Source: Mobula hypostoma (taxonomy: Eukaryota). From it: 64,000 bases of DNA. The stretch's first letter is position 1. Each line of letters opens with the position of its first letter. Shown here one piece after another: positions 48,511 to 60,399 of this stretch. A model generated the notes under the pieces. That model was not told the DNA's origin. It did not search any database and was given only the letters and a program-made list of their open reading frames with translations. A program made the translations under genes and the position numbers. The stretch is taken from the NCBI RefSeq assembly GCF_963921235.1, contig NC_086097.1, forward strand, positions 225,930,001-225,994,000, written 5' to 3'.

Positions 48511-48739
48511 GTTTCTGTCCCTTTGAGTCACATTGCCCAGAAACCACCAAAAACCCTGATTTAATCCTAACCTAATCATGGAAAAATTTTCAGTGACCGA
48601 TTAACTTAGCCGGTACGCCTTTGGAGTGTGGGAAGAAACCAGAAGACCTGTAGAGGATGCTGGGATTGAACTCTAAACTCTGACACCCAAAGCTGTAATA
48701 GAAGCATACTAACCACTGTTCTACTGTGGCACATGTGAG

Positions 48740-49290
48740 CTATGGTGAGGGCTTCTATCGGTCAGCATCAATCATGGATATTGAGTCCTAGCTGTCTAGA
48801 TACACAAGTATAGGCAGTACAATATGGAGAGCAAGCTCCCCTTTGCTATGCATCTGATGAATCCAAAGGAACAGCGGAGAACGATACAGTTTTGTACCAG
48901 CAGTATCACAGTCAACATTGAACTCAATGTAGGACTGCCTTAGGGACTACAGCTCTGGATTTTTCCCTCAGGGTTTACTCCCAAAGCCTTCCCCATGAGT
49001 GAGTTATAGCCGCAAGGCAGCGGAGGTTTGAGATCAAAGTTTTTCTTCTCCTAGGTGAGCTGCCAACCACAGCTGATGAGCACCACATGCCTGAAGTGAC
49101 TGGTTTAAGGTGCCAGTAACCCGCCTTTGCCCCTTCTCCTATCAGTAGAAATGGTTTTGCTGAGCTTAGTAGCTAAGCCACAAGTGAAGGGCAAGAGCTG
49201 GACTTGGTTGTCAGAAGCTATTTCTTCCATTGGGAGCATTTAATAGGTAGTGGGAGCTTATCCCCATTACCATTCCCAGCTATAACAGCC
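48740..49290 (-). mobile_element. Non-autonomous RTE derivative with an AviRTE-like 5' UTR
   Basis: Minus strand CTCATCAGCTGTGGTTGGCAGCTCACCTAGGAGAAGAAAAACTTTGATCTCAAACCTCCGCTGCCTTGCGGCTATA resembles RTE (AviRTE-group) 5' UTRs as I recall them. No ORF. Confidence 0.6.
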
Positions 49291-51289
49291 TTAAGGAAAC
49301 ATATTTAAATATTTATATAATATTCTTGCTTTTTCTTTTTTCTGTGATTTATTAGAAGTATACCACTTCACAATTATCCAGATTTCTCCTGCGAAATGAA
49401 ACAAATCTGAGTCCAGTCTAAAGCATCTATTGTTACATTTGAGGTAGTGGGTAGGGCACTTCAGAGCACCGTCAAAATTCAACCAAAATATTGACTAGAT
49501 GGTGTTGACAGACTAGATAGGGACAACAGAAAAGGACAAGCAGTCTTCTTCTTAAAAAGGGTTTTAAAAATTCACTCTTTACTGAAGCCACCTTGTTATT
49601 TCCAAAGTAATCATTATTCTTTAATTCAAATTCATGATACCTAGCTTATTAATCTCATTCTCTTTCAAAAAGCATTTTGTGATTTATCCGTTTACAGTAA
49701 CAGTTTATGATTATAAAATGTGAAGCATTTAAAATACATGTCTAACAATTCTGGTATCATATTTATATTATTATTTTTATTTGTGGCTAATAATTTGATT
49801 TGCATGATCATTTTATATTTCAATAAAATTTCAGAGTCATCTCACAGGAATTTCTATCAAATGTGATCTAATATTTAACTAATATATATTAATGATGAGT
49901 TATTTTGCTTCCTTATAATGTAATTCTCCTTTTACAGATACCCCTCATCATTTGAGAACAGAAGTGTATATTATATTTAAAAGCAATATTCAATTGCTAA
50001 AGAGCAGTGATATTTTCAAAGCTCATCTCAGACCAACGTAACTTGGAAAAAATTATCATTCTGTGACCTTTAGGTTTCCTTTCTCCATATATAAATAAGA
50101 TGGAGTTTTTATCATTTTCTCTTGGCACAGTCCTTTGATCACAAATATCAAAGCAGAAAATTTTCCAGTGACATCTTACCTCAAGAGGTCATTTCTAGTT
50201 TTTCTGCATTGCATTTGCAGATGAGCTTCACGCTTAAACCATTACAATTAGCATACTCGCCTACTTATCAAAATCACAGGGCAATATTTGATTTCTATTG
50301 ATGTATATTATAAGCATTGTGCTTCTGAAAACTGAATTTTAGACTAGAAATTAATGGAAAGGATATTAATATTTTGCCATTACAGTATATGTAATGTTCG
50401 ATGTGAGGATATACTATATAGTAATATAAATTACACAGCAAAAATGCAGCTTATTATTTTCTAGCCAAAAATTTTAGATGCTCTAACATGTTAAAGAGTG
50501 TGCACAAAGGGTTTGCAATTTAATTAACGGTTGACCAGCCATGGTGAGCATTTGATGTTTGTGCCTGGATTATTACTTCGCTTTGTGTCAGCTTCTATCC
50601 TCTCCAGCTGCTTGTGATATGTTATTTCAAAATTGCTTTCTTCCTGTGTTTTTTTTTTGCTTCCATATCATGTAGAAGCAAACCCTGCTCAGGATCTAGG
50701 AATGTATTTCTTTCACTGGCGTGAATGCGCCTGTCAGCATCGCTGAAGCCTCTGGCCTTATCAACAAATGATAAAATGTTATATACACTGAGCTAAAGTC
50801 TCCTGCAGTAGAAGGTAAATAAAGACAACTTTTTATTAGGTGACTTTAATTATTTGAAAATATAAAATGTTTGCAGGTAAAACAATGTGAAACCATGTGA
50901 TGTGTATTTCTCCTTATCTAAAGGTGTGATACTTCCTCATTGACCTTCAAAATGTGCTATTAAATAAACAAACTAGAAGCATTGTCAATGCACTTGTTTC
51001 ACTGGCTTTTTGTAGCCAACTCAAATCTTGGAAATTGTGTTATTGTAATGTTTAAAAAATTGTTTCCATTTTTACTTTAGTAGTATGAAATGTATGAAAG
51101 TAGAAGCTTTGAGAAATCAGATATTGAGTTGACAAGAGAGAAACAATGTTTTATTCAGTTTGAACACTGAGATAATGGCAAAAGAAGATGAAAAATAAAA
51201 TGATGTAGTACTTGTACTTTATATGGTGGGAAATAAAGAACAATTACCTCAAATAGCTTTTCATACTAAGACAGCCACCTTGATTATGG

Positions 51290-52150
51290 TGTTATGGTGT
51301 CATACAGCATGAAAACAGGTTCTTCGGCCCAAATGAGATTACCATCTAAGTTGGACTCATTTGCCCATGTATTGGACTATATCCCTCTAAACCAGGAAGT
51401 TCCCATCCTGGGGTGCAGTGACCCCTCGGTTAATAGTAGGGGTCCATGGCATAATAAAGATTGTGAACCCTGCTCTAAACCTTTCCTATCCACATATGTG
51501 TCCAAGCTCTTAATGCACTTGCCTCAACTATTTACATACTCTGGGAACTCTTTTTAAAAGTGGCCTCACCAATGTTGTGTGGGACTGCATCATTGCTTTG
51601 ACTGATGAAGGCCAGCATTCCAAAAGCCTTCTTGCCTACTTGTGAATGACTTTCAAAGAATCATGTATCTGTAAAGGTTGCTCCTCAGTTTCCTATTAAA
51701 TCTCTCCACTCTCCCCTTAAAGCTACACCCTGTACTCCTTGATTCCCCTACCCTGAAGAAAAAACTGCATGTTCACCCTATGTCCCTCTTAATTCTGTAA
51801 TCCTCCATAAATTCATTCCTCATTTTCCTATTCTTCGTTGATAGAAATCCCAACTTGTTCAATCTCTCTACGTAACCCAGTCCTTCAAGTCCTGTGGCAA
51901 CTTCCTTGTAAATCCTCACTGAACTTTCCAGCTTAATAAAGTACTTCCTATAGCAGGGTGGCCAAATTGAACACAGTATCCTAAATGTGGTCTTACAAAT
52001 GCCCTGTGCAAACCTAACATAACATCCCAACTCTATACTCAGTATGCTAACTGATTAAACCAGTATGTCAAAAGCATTCTTCACAACCCTGCCTACCTGC
52101 AATACCACTTTCAGGGCACCATGTGCTAAGTCTCACTGCTCTACAACACT
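51290..52150 (-). mobile_element. Old CR1 3' part
   Basis: WPPCYRKYFIKLE..GLEGLGYVERLNKLG. Confidence 0.8.
51393..51472. mobile_element. 80-bp hAT (Charlie-like) MITE
   Basis: Perfect 8-bp TSD CTCTAAAC (51385-51392 / 51473-51480); degenerate TIRs CAGGAAGTTCCCA..T / AGATTGTGAACCCTG. Confidence 0.85.
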
Positions 52151-52503
52151 GCTATTTAAACCTTATGAAAATGTCTCGAGCATTGGCACATTATTGGAAT
52201 CAAAGTGTTTGTTTGTACTACTCACCTGCTTTTTCCATGGTAAAACTTAAGATTCACCTTAAGAGAAAAAGCTAATCAATTAATTACACATTAGATCAAC
52301 TTCAGCATAGATCAGCTGTCTGAAGGTTATCAGGAGAAAATAACATTTGCAGTTTTAAAATTTATGGCTGATTGTTCCATTCATTGGATTCCAGAATGGT
52401 GTTGTGGAAGGAGCATGGATGAAGTTATAAAAACACTGTGCAAATCCAAGGAATACTTTGGGAGGGCAGGACAGTGACCTGGATTTTACAATGGTGCCTT
52501 CCC

Positions 52504-52562
52504 AATCTTTGTGGGCAGCTTTAAAGCATTATTGTAATGCTTTAAAGCTGCCCACAGAGATT
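52504..52562. repeat. Inverted repeat with 28-bp arms and a 3-nt loop
   Basis: AATCTTTGTGGGCAGCTTTAAAGCATTA-TTG-TAATGCTTTAAAGCTGCCCACAGAGATT; 27 of 28 pairs are Watson-Crick. Confidence 0.97.
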
Positions 52563-53059
52563 AAGTGATCTCTGGGGTGTGTCTCTGTATTTCTAATCTC
52601 ACATAAGCATTCAAGGAAATTAATTGATTTTCTAATGTATATCTCACCAACACTACTGCCAATCTCAGACACCACTCAACCATCACCAACAGTTTATATT
52701 AATCAGGACCTGTACCTAATATTTAAAGCTACACTTCCCTGCTACAAATACAATATTATTCTTGTTTTCACAGGCATATCCCACTGCTTGCACACACCAC
52801 TGGTTTCAGATCATAGCAGCTATGTCGTTTTAGCACCTTGCCTGATATTCACAAAGATGATGCCCTCATAATTGCAAAAGGTTCCAGTGAAACAGAGGAG
52901 ACAGGTACAACTCACAGAAGTGCTTCATCACCTCCAAAGAACATAAAAGACACAACATAATTTTGCCATGTTAAGAAAGACTGTTGCTAGGCCTGTAGTC
53001 AGAGATGGGGATGTACTGATTGAAGATGTGATCATCAATTTAATCCTGTTTTCCCTATC

Positions 53060-54810
53060 CATTTTACCTTAATTTATCAGACCACAGTTGAAATATTGTG
53101 AATAGTATTGGGCCCCATATCTAAGAAAGCATGTACTGCCATTGGTGAGGAGGATGTAGGGAATGTTCCTACGAAGTAAAGGATAAGATATGAGAAGCAT
53201 TTGGTGGCTCTGGGACTATACCCGCTGGAGTTTAGAAGAATGATGGGGGCGGGGAGTGGAATCTCATTGAAACCCATTGAATAATAAAAGACATAGAGTG
53301 GACGTAGAGAGGATGTTTCCTATAGATTCAAGATTGTTTAATGCCTTTTCCAGTATATAAGTGTAAAAGAGAATTGTTACTACAGATTCGATGCAGCACA
53401 AAAAAGAACCAGAAAATATAAAGAACGCAATAATAATAAAACCACACAATAAATATAAATACGTAATATAGCTTATATACATAGATTGATTGTATGTCCA
53501 TACAGTGAAACTAGGCTGTACAAAAACTGACTGACAGGGAATAATAAAGTATTGGTGGAGTTAGTGGGTGAAGGTGTTGATCAGCCTTATTGCTTGGTGA
53601 AAGTAACTGTCTTTGAGTCTGATCATCCTGGCAAGAATGCTACATAGCCTCCTCCCTGATGAGAATGGGGCAACAGTTCATGAGCAGGGTGGGTGACATT
53701 ATTGCCCTTTTCCGGCACATGTCTAGATGTATGTCAATGATGGTAGGTAAGCTGGTGCCAGTGACGCATTGGGTGGTTTTGACAACCTGTTGTAGAGCCA
53801 TCCTGCCTGCTGCAATGCAGTTTCCATACCAAGCAATGATACAGCTTATTGGGATGCTCTCGACTATGTATCTGTAGAATGATCAGATACCAGTTTTAAT
53901 ATCACCGGCATATGTCGTGAAGTTTGTTAACTTAGTGGCAGCAGTACAATGCTAAATATAGAAAACATGATAACATGATAAATATAGAAAAAAGAATAAA
54001 TGAATTACAGTAAGTATATATATGTATATTAAATAGCTAAATTAAAAATAGTGCAAAAACGAAAGTAATAGAAAGTAAAGTAGTGTTCATGGGATCAATG
54101 CCCATTTAGGAATCGAATGGGCAGAGAGGAATAAGCTGTTCCTGAATCACTATGTGTGCCTTCTGGCTTCTGTACCTCCTTCTTGATAGTAACAACGAGA
54201 AGAGGGCATGCCTGGGTGATGAGCGTCCTTAATTATGGACGCCGTCTTTCTGATGCACTGCTCCTTGAAGATGTCCTGAATGATGTGAGTATGGATGTGC
54301 AAATTCCAGCTCTCTTCATCCTCCTCAGAAAGTAAAGGTGTTGATGAGCTTTGATGACTGTGTAAGATGTGTTCTGGGACCATGAGAGGTTGTGTGTGAT
54401 GTGCACATCCAGGAGTTTGAAATGCTTTCAGCTTCCACTGCTGTGCTACCGATGGAAAGAGGGGTGTGAGTGGTACGAGTTCACCTGAAGCCGATAACCA
54501 TTTCGTTTGTCTTGTTGACATAAAGGAAGAACTTACTTGCCTGGCTCAGGCCTTGAGCTCTTCCAACTCCTCTCCATATGGTGTCTCATCCTTGTTGATG
54601 ATGAGCCCACCACTATCTTGTCATCAGTGAACTTGGGGATATAGGATCAGAGGGCACAGCCACAAAATAGAAGGACATCCCTTTAGAACAGAGATGAAGA
54701 GGAATTACTTTTAGCCAGAGGGAAGTGAATGTGTGGAATTTGTTGCCACAGGTAGCTGTGGCGTGCAAGTCATAGGGTATATTTGTCTGCTAATATGTCT
54801 TAGGGTTTAA
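53060..54810. mobile_element. CR1 3' part (+; 53060-53325 and 54640-54810) containing two nested Rex 3' parts (-)
   Basis: The CR1 pieces flank antisense Rex tails starting GATTCAAGATT (53325) and AGAATGATCAG..TTTAATATCACC (53876); IQDIFKEQCIRKTASIIKDAHHPG. Confidence 0.78.
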
Positions 54811-55799
54811 GATCTAATCCCACAAGCACTTTGACTTTCAAGCTTCGTATAATATAAGCAGTTACCTTCCTGCACCACAGTCTCACCTTCGTGTTGTTCT
54901 CCTTTGAGTACCAGGTGAGGAAAATGAGGAAGAAGGCTAGACTGCAGTGGCTTCGAAGCCAGTACATCTCTTGGTTCCACGGTCACAGCCAGAGTTGAGG
55001 TAATGATACTGCTCATACCTTAGGCTAAATGAAGCATCTAAAGATGATGAGCTTACTGTGAATTTGTGCCCTGGTGAGGCCAAGCGTGAATTCTGTTGCA
55101 GAGGATACAAACAAAGATTTTGTTTGGTCATGCGATAGAGGAAGGTGAAGGGGTATACGTAATGAAGTGTTCAGTGCTCTGGGAAACTCACAAAAAGGCT
55201 GTTTAATGACAAGAAAATTGGAGAGTTTAGAACCAGGCTGGCACTGTAGCAATTTTCACACAAGTGGGACCTTGTTGTATACGGCACAGTACAGGCTTTT
55301 GACTCATGCAAACCTCTAGGGTCAATGACGATCAGGCTCCGATGGCCGATCTCAGCTTCCACTCCAAATCCAACAGTTCCTACGGAGGCTCGGAATGTGA
55401 CAGTGGAAACCCAGACTGATATCACGCAAGGTTATTTTCCTGCCCTTCAAGCTCAAACTGCTGTCACCAGGGCTCAGATATCAATGTTCAAAGAGACTTG
55501 CAGGTTGTCACAGAAATCCAGCAATCTGTCCTCTGACAAATTACTTGGATTGCTGTAGTGTTACTCCAGGGAAATGGCAGAGGCTTTGTGGAGCATTACA
55601 CCACTGTCCGCTCCCAGGATGACAGCACTTATGCTGCTGAGCTGCCAATGCCCTTGCCATCCCACATCGGCAAGCTAGCCCAGGCTGCTTCGAGCCTTTT
55701 CCATCCACAGTTGCTTCAGCTTGTCTTAACATTCTGGTCATCACTGAGTCCAGCTAGGAGACCATTCTGGAGTCATTGCTATTCTAAGTTGTTTCTACA

Positions 55800-56200
55800 G
55801 ATTCTCTTCCCCTTTCCCTCTTTTTCCATTCCCCATTCTGGCTCCCCTCTTACCCCTCCTCTTCTCCTCACCTGCCTATCACTTTCCTCTGATTCCCCTC
55901 CTTTAATCCCTTTCCCCATGGTCCAGTTCCTCTCCTATTAGATTCTTGCTTATTCAGCCCCTTACCATTTCCACCCATCATCTCACTGTCTCTCACCATT
56001 CCCCCCTCCACCCCCAACCACCTACTTTCCCCTTCACCTGCCAGCTTGTAGTCCTTCCCCTCCCCTTCGTCTTCTTATTCTGGCAACTTCCCCCTTCCTT
56101 TCCAGTCCTGATGAAGGGTCTCAGCTCGGCCCCTTATTCCTTTCCATAGTTACTGCCTGACCTGCTGAGTTCCTCCAGCATTTTGTGTGCATTGCTCTGT
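55800..56200 (+). mobile_element. Penelope-like 3' region with a partial hammerhead
   Basis: Pyrimidine-rich body, then CAGTC-CTGATGA-AGGGTCTC (the GAAA half is deleted) and CCTGCTGAGTTCCTCCAGCATTTTGTGTG. Confidence 0.8.
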
Positions 56201-57499
56201 GCATTTTTCCTGTCTCATTGTGTTACAAGAGAAAGCCTCACCATTCATGGGAAAAATTGGTTAGTACCACAGACTCGGGGTCAGCTGAAATTCCTTCCCA
56301 ATTGGTGTACCAGTGCAGAATACTATAGAAATTTGAAACAACTGTAGGAATTACTGAAAATATGTGGAAATGTTGCAACAGCCAGAAGAAATCAATAGAA
56401 ACTAACGTGGAAGTAGATGATAGCTTCATCAAACAGTGCTGCAGGGGGTTTGTGCTATTACGTTACAATTGTTTGGCTGTGTAGGATTCAGTGAGGCAAC
56501 AACTTAAAGACAAAGCTCCAAAATGATGTCCTTGGCATTTGATCAGCTTCATACATAAATTGACAACTTAATCTTCCTGCTGTGTGCATCTAAATGTTTC
56601 AGCAACCACAATTAGGGCTACTTTAAAAAAAACATCATGCCCACTTGATATATAACAAAAGAGTCAAAAACATAATGGAATTCACTTTATTAATAACAAA
56701 AATATCACCAGCAAGTCATTAGTACCGATAATTTACATACATTTCATGCTCATGAGTCATAAGCCCGTTGTTGCTTGAAGGATGACATGTTTTTTACCGG
56801 TAAAATACTGAACTAATTTTAAATTCTCGACATACAAGAATGACACAGAAAGTGGAAACAGCTGAGGTGAGGATCGTGTTAGTGTGCAATCATCAACATT
56901 CAGGTTGTTTAGGAATGTGCCCAAGTTTTGGATTACAAGTTGCAATAAGAAATGGCTTCAGGAATAGGCCATGTTTTTTCTGAAGGATGTAGAACAATGA
57001 TCAGATTTTGGCCGATGTTTGTGAAGGGCAAACAGTCGGTGGATAATTACCTGTTTCTCTGCAGATAAAAGACACCCTTTTTATTCAATTTACTATGCAG
57101 AAATTCAATCGATATTAAAACAATTTTAGACACCTATCAACCTATTAATTAATGATATTTGACAGGTCTCCTGCAAATCTGCAAATAACATTGTTAGTAG
57201 TGACTAATCATGTTGTAAAAGAATATAAATTAATCAATTAGCTGGGGTGTCTCTGCATGTCAATGTTTCAAACATGCTCCATATTTAACATTTTCATTGT
57301 GATCTATGAGTCAATCACAGCACTTGGAACAATTGGTAAACTATATGACAGTATCAACTTTCCTCACCCTGATTCTTACTCCAGAGATAACTACAGGTCC
57401 AGTAATGCTATATTTCAGTCTGGTCCATGGCAGGACTGATCATTTAATCACAAAGGCACCTTGATTGAGCATAGATAACCTGTTCCTTTCTACCAGCTA

Positions 57500-57990
57500 C
57501 TATAGAGCGAGTTCACTGGCGATTTACAAGGACGTTGCCTGGATTGGAGAGCATGCCTTATGAGAATAGCTTGAGTGAACTTGGTTTTTCCTCCTTGAGC
57601 GACAGAGGATTATAAGTGACCTGACAGAGGTGTACAAGATGATGAGAGGCACTGATCATGTGGATAGCCAGAGGCTTTTTCCCAGGGCTGAAATGGCTAA
57701 CACGAGGGGCATAGTTTTAAGAAGCTTGGAAGTAGCTACAAGGGGGATGCCAGAGGTAGGTTTTTCCACACAGAGCATGGTGGGTGTGTGGAATGCACTG
57801 CCAGTGGTGGTGGTAGAGGCAGATACAATAGGGTCTTTTAAGAGACTCTTAGGTAGGTACATGGAAGTTAGAAAAATAGAGGGCTATGCAATAGGGAAAT
57901 CCTAGGCAGTTTCCAGAGGCACAACATTGTGGACCAAAGGGCCTGTAATGTGCTGTAGATTTCTATGGTCTATGTTCCATGTTCTATTAT
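57500..57990 (+). mobile_element. CR1 3' part
   Basis: YKMMRGTDHVDSQRLFPRAEMANTRG; same subfamily as 29215-29773. Confidence 0.92.
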
Positions 57991-58299
57991 ATCATTGGAA
58001 TCAAAGAAGGGAGGAGTCTGCTTCATATTACTAAAACCATGCCATGGGATTCTCTGTGCCTGTCCCTAAACCACTGAATATTCCAAATAAAATCAAGGAT
58101 TGAAGTGATTTGGAGGTGGTGATGGCAGTGATCAGGATGTAGAAATAACGGGGATCAATGGAAAATATTCTAAGGTTCTTTCCAAAATCTCTTGCATTGA
58201 TCCAGTCAGAGAAATGTGTATTATAACATAGGCATGATGAGTTCACTATCAAATCCAAAAACTGTGATGAAAAACCCGTGGAATCAGAGGTACCAAAGT

Positions 58300-58910
58300 T
58301 TAAAATGGAAAGTCAACTTATTACCAATGAAACTATACACTATGCGGAGTTTGATTTTTTTGCAGGCAATCACAGCAGAACAAAGAAACACAAGAGTCAA
58401 TGAAAAACTACATACAAACACTGGCAAACAATCTATGTGTAAAAGAAGACAATCTATACAAATACAAAAGAATAACAAAAATTAATAATAAATAAAATAA
58501 TAAACAAACAAATAGATAGATGGATAATGCTGAGAACATGAGTCCACAGATTGTGGAATCAGTTCAATGTTGAGGTGAGAAAAGTTATCCACATTGGTTC
58601 AGGAGCCTGATGGTTGAAGGGTAATAGCTGTTCCTGAACCTGTTGGTGTGGAAGCTAAGGCCCTTGTATCTCCTAGCAGCAAGCAAGAAGAGAAGTGTGG
58701 GACACTTGATAATGGATGCTACTTTCTTGTGGCAGCACTCCTTGTAGATGTGCTAAATGGTGGGGAGGGCTTTGCCTTTCATGGATTGCACTGCATCTCT
58801 TACCTTTTGTAGGCTTTTCCATTCTTAGGCCGTGGTGATTCCATAACAGGCCAAGATACAAACAGTCAGGATATTCGCTACTATGTATCTATAGAATTTT
58901 TTCAAGGCCT
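58300..58910 (-). mobile_element. Rex1/Babar 3' part, decayed
   Basis: Antisense 3' UTR and ORF end homologous to 32735-33420. Confidence 0.75.
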
Positions 58911-59406
58911 CCTGTAAGTAGAGCGAGCTGCCCACAGGATCCTCCATTGTAAAGTCTGTATTTACATTTTTACTTTTGAACACTCAACTCTTTTGCATTT
59001 GAGCTTGGTGTTCACAGTCCTGATCTGACTATCAGATATTCATGGGGAATAGTCATGGTCTTATGGTTATGGAAACTAAAAGTCACTAATTCATAGTCTA
59101 GTGACCCTCCACTTATGTCATTTTAACTGCTGGAACTTCCTACACTGGGAACATCTTACCTTTGATTGGATCTTTAATTGGGATGAGCGGAAGCTTAGGC
59201 CCTTTTAAGGCCAGGGAATACACCACCTATATACGAAACTGAATAATCTACTCATGATCAAACTTCTTGCTTTCCTTCCCACAAGAACTATAAGGATAGT
59301 ATATCAGAACATGAATAAATGAGACCTAAGTGTAGGGCTTTAACCAGGCTTGGAGTATCTTCTTGAGATAAAACCATAACATATATGTAGTATATGGGAA
59401 GTCAGG

Positions 59407-60291
59407 GTGAGCACAATCGTCCCTTATGACTACACCTGCAAAAGGTGCTTCCAGCTGCAGCTTCTAACAAACCGAGTTAGGGAACTGGAGCTGGAGCTGG
59501 ATGAACTTCGGATCATTCGGGAGGCAGAGGCAGAAATAGACAGGAGTTACAGGGAGACAGTCACCCCTAAGAGTCAGGAGACAGATGGCTGGGTGACTGT
59601 CAAGAGATGGAAGGGGAATAGACAGAATGAGCAGAGCACCCCTGTGGCCATTCCCATCAACAATAAGTATACTGCTTTGGATACTGTTGATGGGGACAAC
59701 CTACCAGGGACAAGTTGTAGTGGTTGCGTCTCTGACACTAAGATGGGACCCTCAGCTCAGAATGTAAGGAGGGAAAAGAGAAGAGCAGTAGTGATAGGAG
59801 ATTCGATAGTTAGGGGGATAGATAAGAGGTTCTGTAGAAGAGATTGAAAATCCCTGCTGGTCTGTTGCCTCGCTGGTGCCAAGGTCCACAATATCTCGGA
59901 TCGAGTTCTCAATATTCTCAAGAGGGAGAGTGAGCAGCCGGATGTCGTGGTCCATGTAGGGATCAATGACATGGGTAGGAAGAATGAGGAGGTCCTGAAA
60001 GGTGAGTTTAGGGAGTTAGGCGCCAGGTTAAAGGACAGGACCTCCAGGATAGCAATCCCAGGATTACTACCAGTGCTATGTGCAGGCAGGTTTAGAAATA
60101 GTAAGATAGCGCAGATCAACATGTGGCTGAAGACATGGTGCAGGAGGGAGGGCTTCAGAGTTATAGATAATTGCGCAGTTTTCCAGGGAAGGTGGGACCT
60201 GTTCCAATGGGACAATTTACGTCTGAACTGGAGGGGGACAAATATTCTTGCAGGTAGCTTTGCTAGAGTGGCTCCAGTGGATTTAAACTAG
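59407..60291 (+). pseudogene. CR1 ORF1: CxxC/coiled-coil plus SGNH esterase-like domain
   Basis: YTCKRCFQLQLL..RVRELELEL, VVIGDSIVRG and VHVGIND; in-frame stop at 59845. Confidence 0.9.
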
Positions 60292-60399
60292 ATACAAGGG
60301 GGGAGGGGAACCAAAGTGTCGGAACAGATGTAGGGGAGAAGGTAGAAAAAGAAAATAGTAAAGTTGTTTGCACCGTTAGTGATAAACAGAGAGTAAGAG

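Larger units (their letters stand above)
45675..48732 (-). mobile_element. V-SINE split into a tail (45675-45712) and head/body (48515-48732) by CR1/Rex insertions
   Basis: Antisense (TAAA)n-TCTC tail at left; CTTTGGAGTGTGGGAAGAAACC..GGGATTGAAC..CTAACCACTG at right. Confidence 0.65.
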
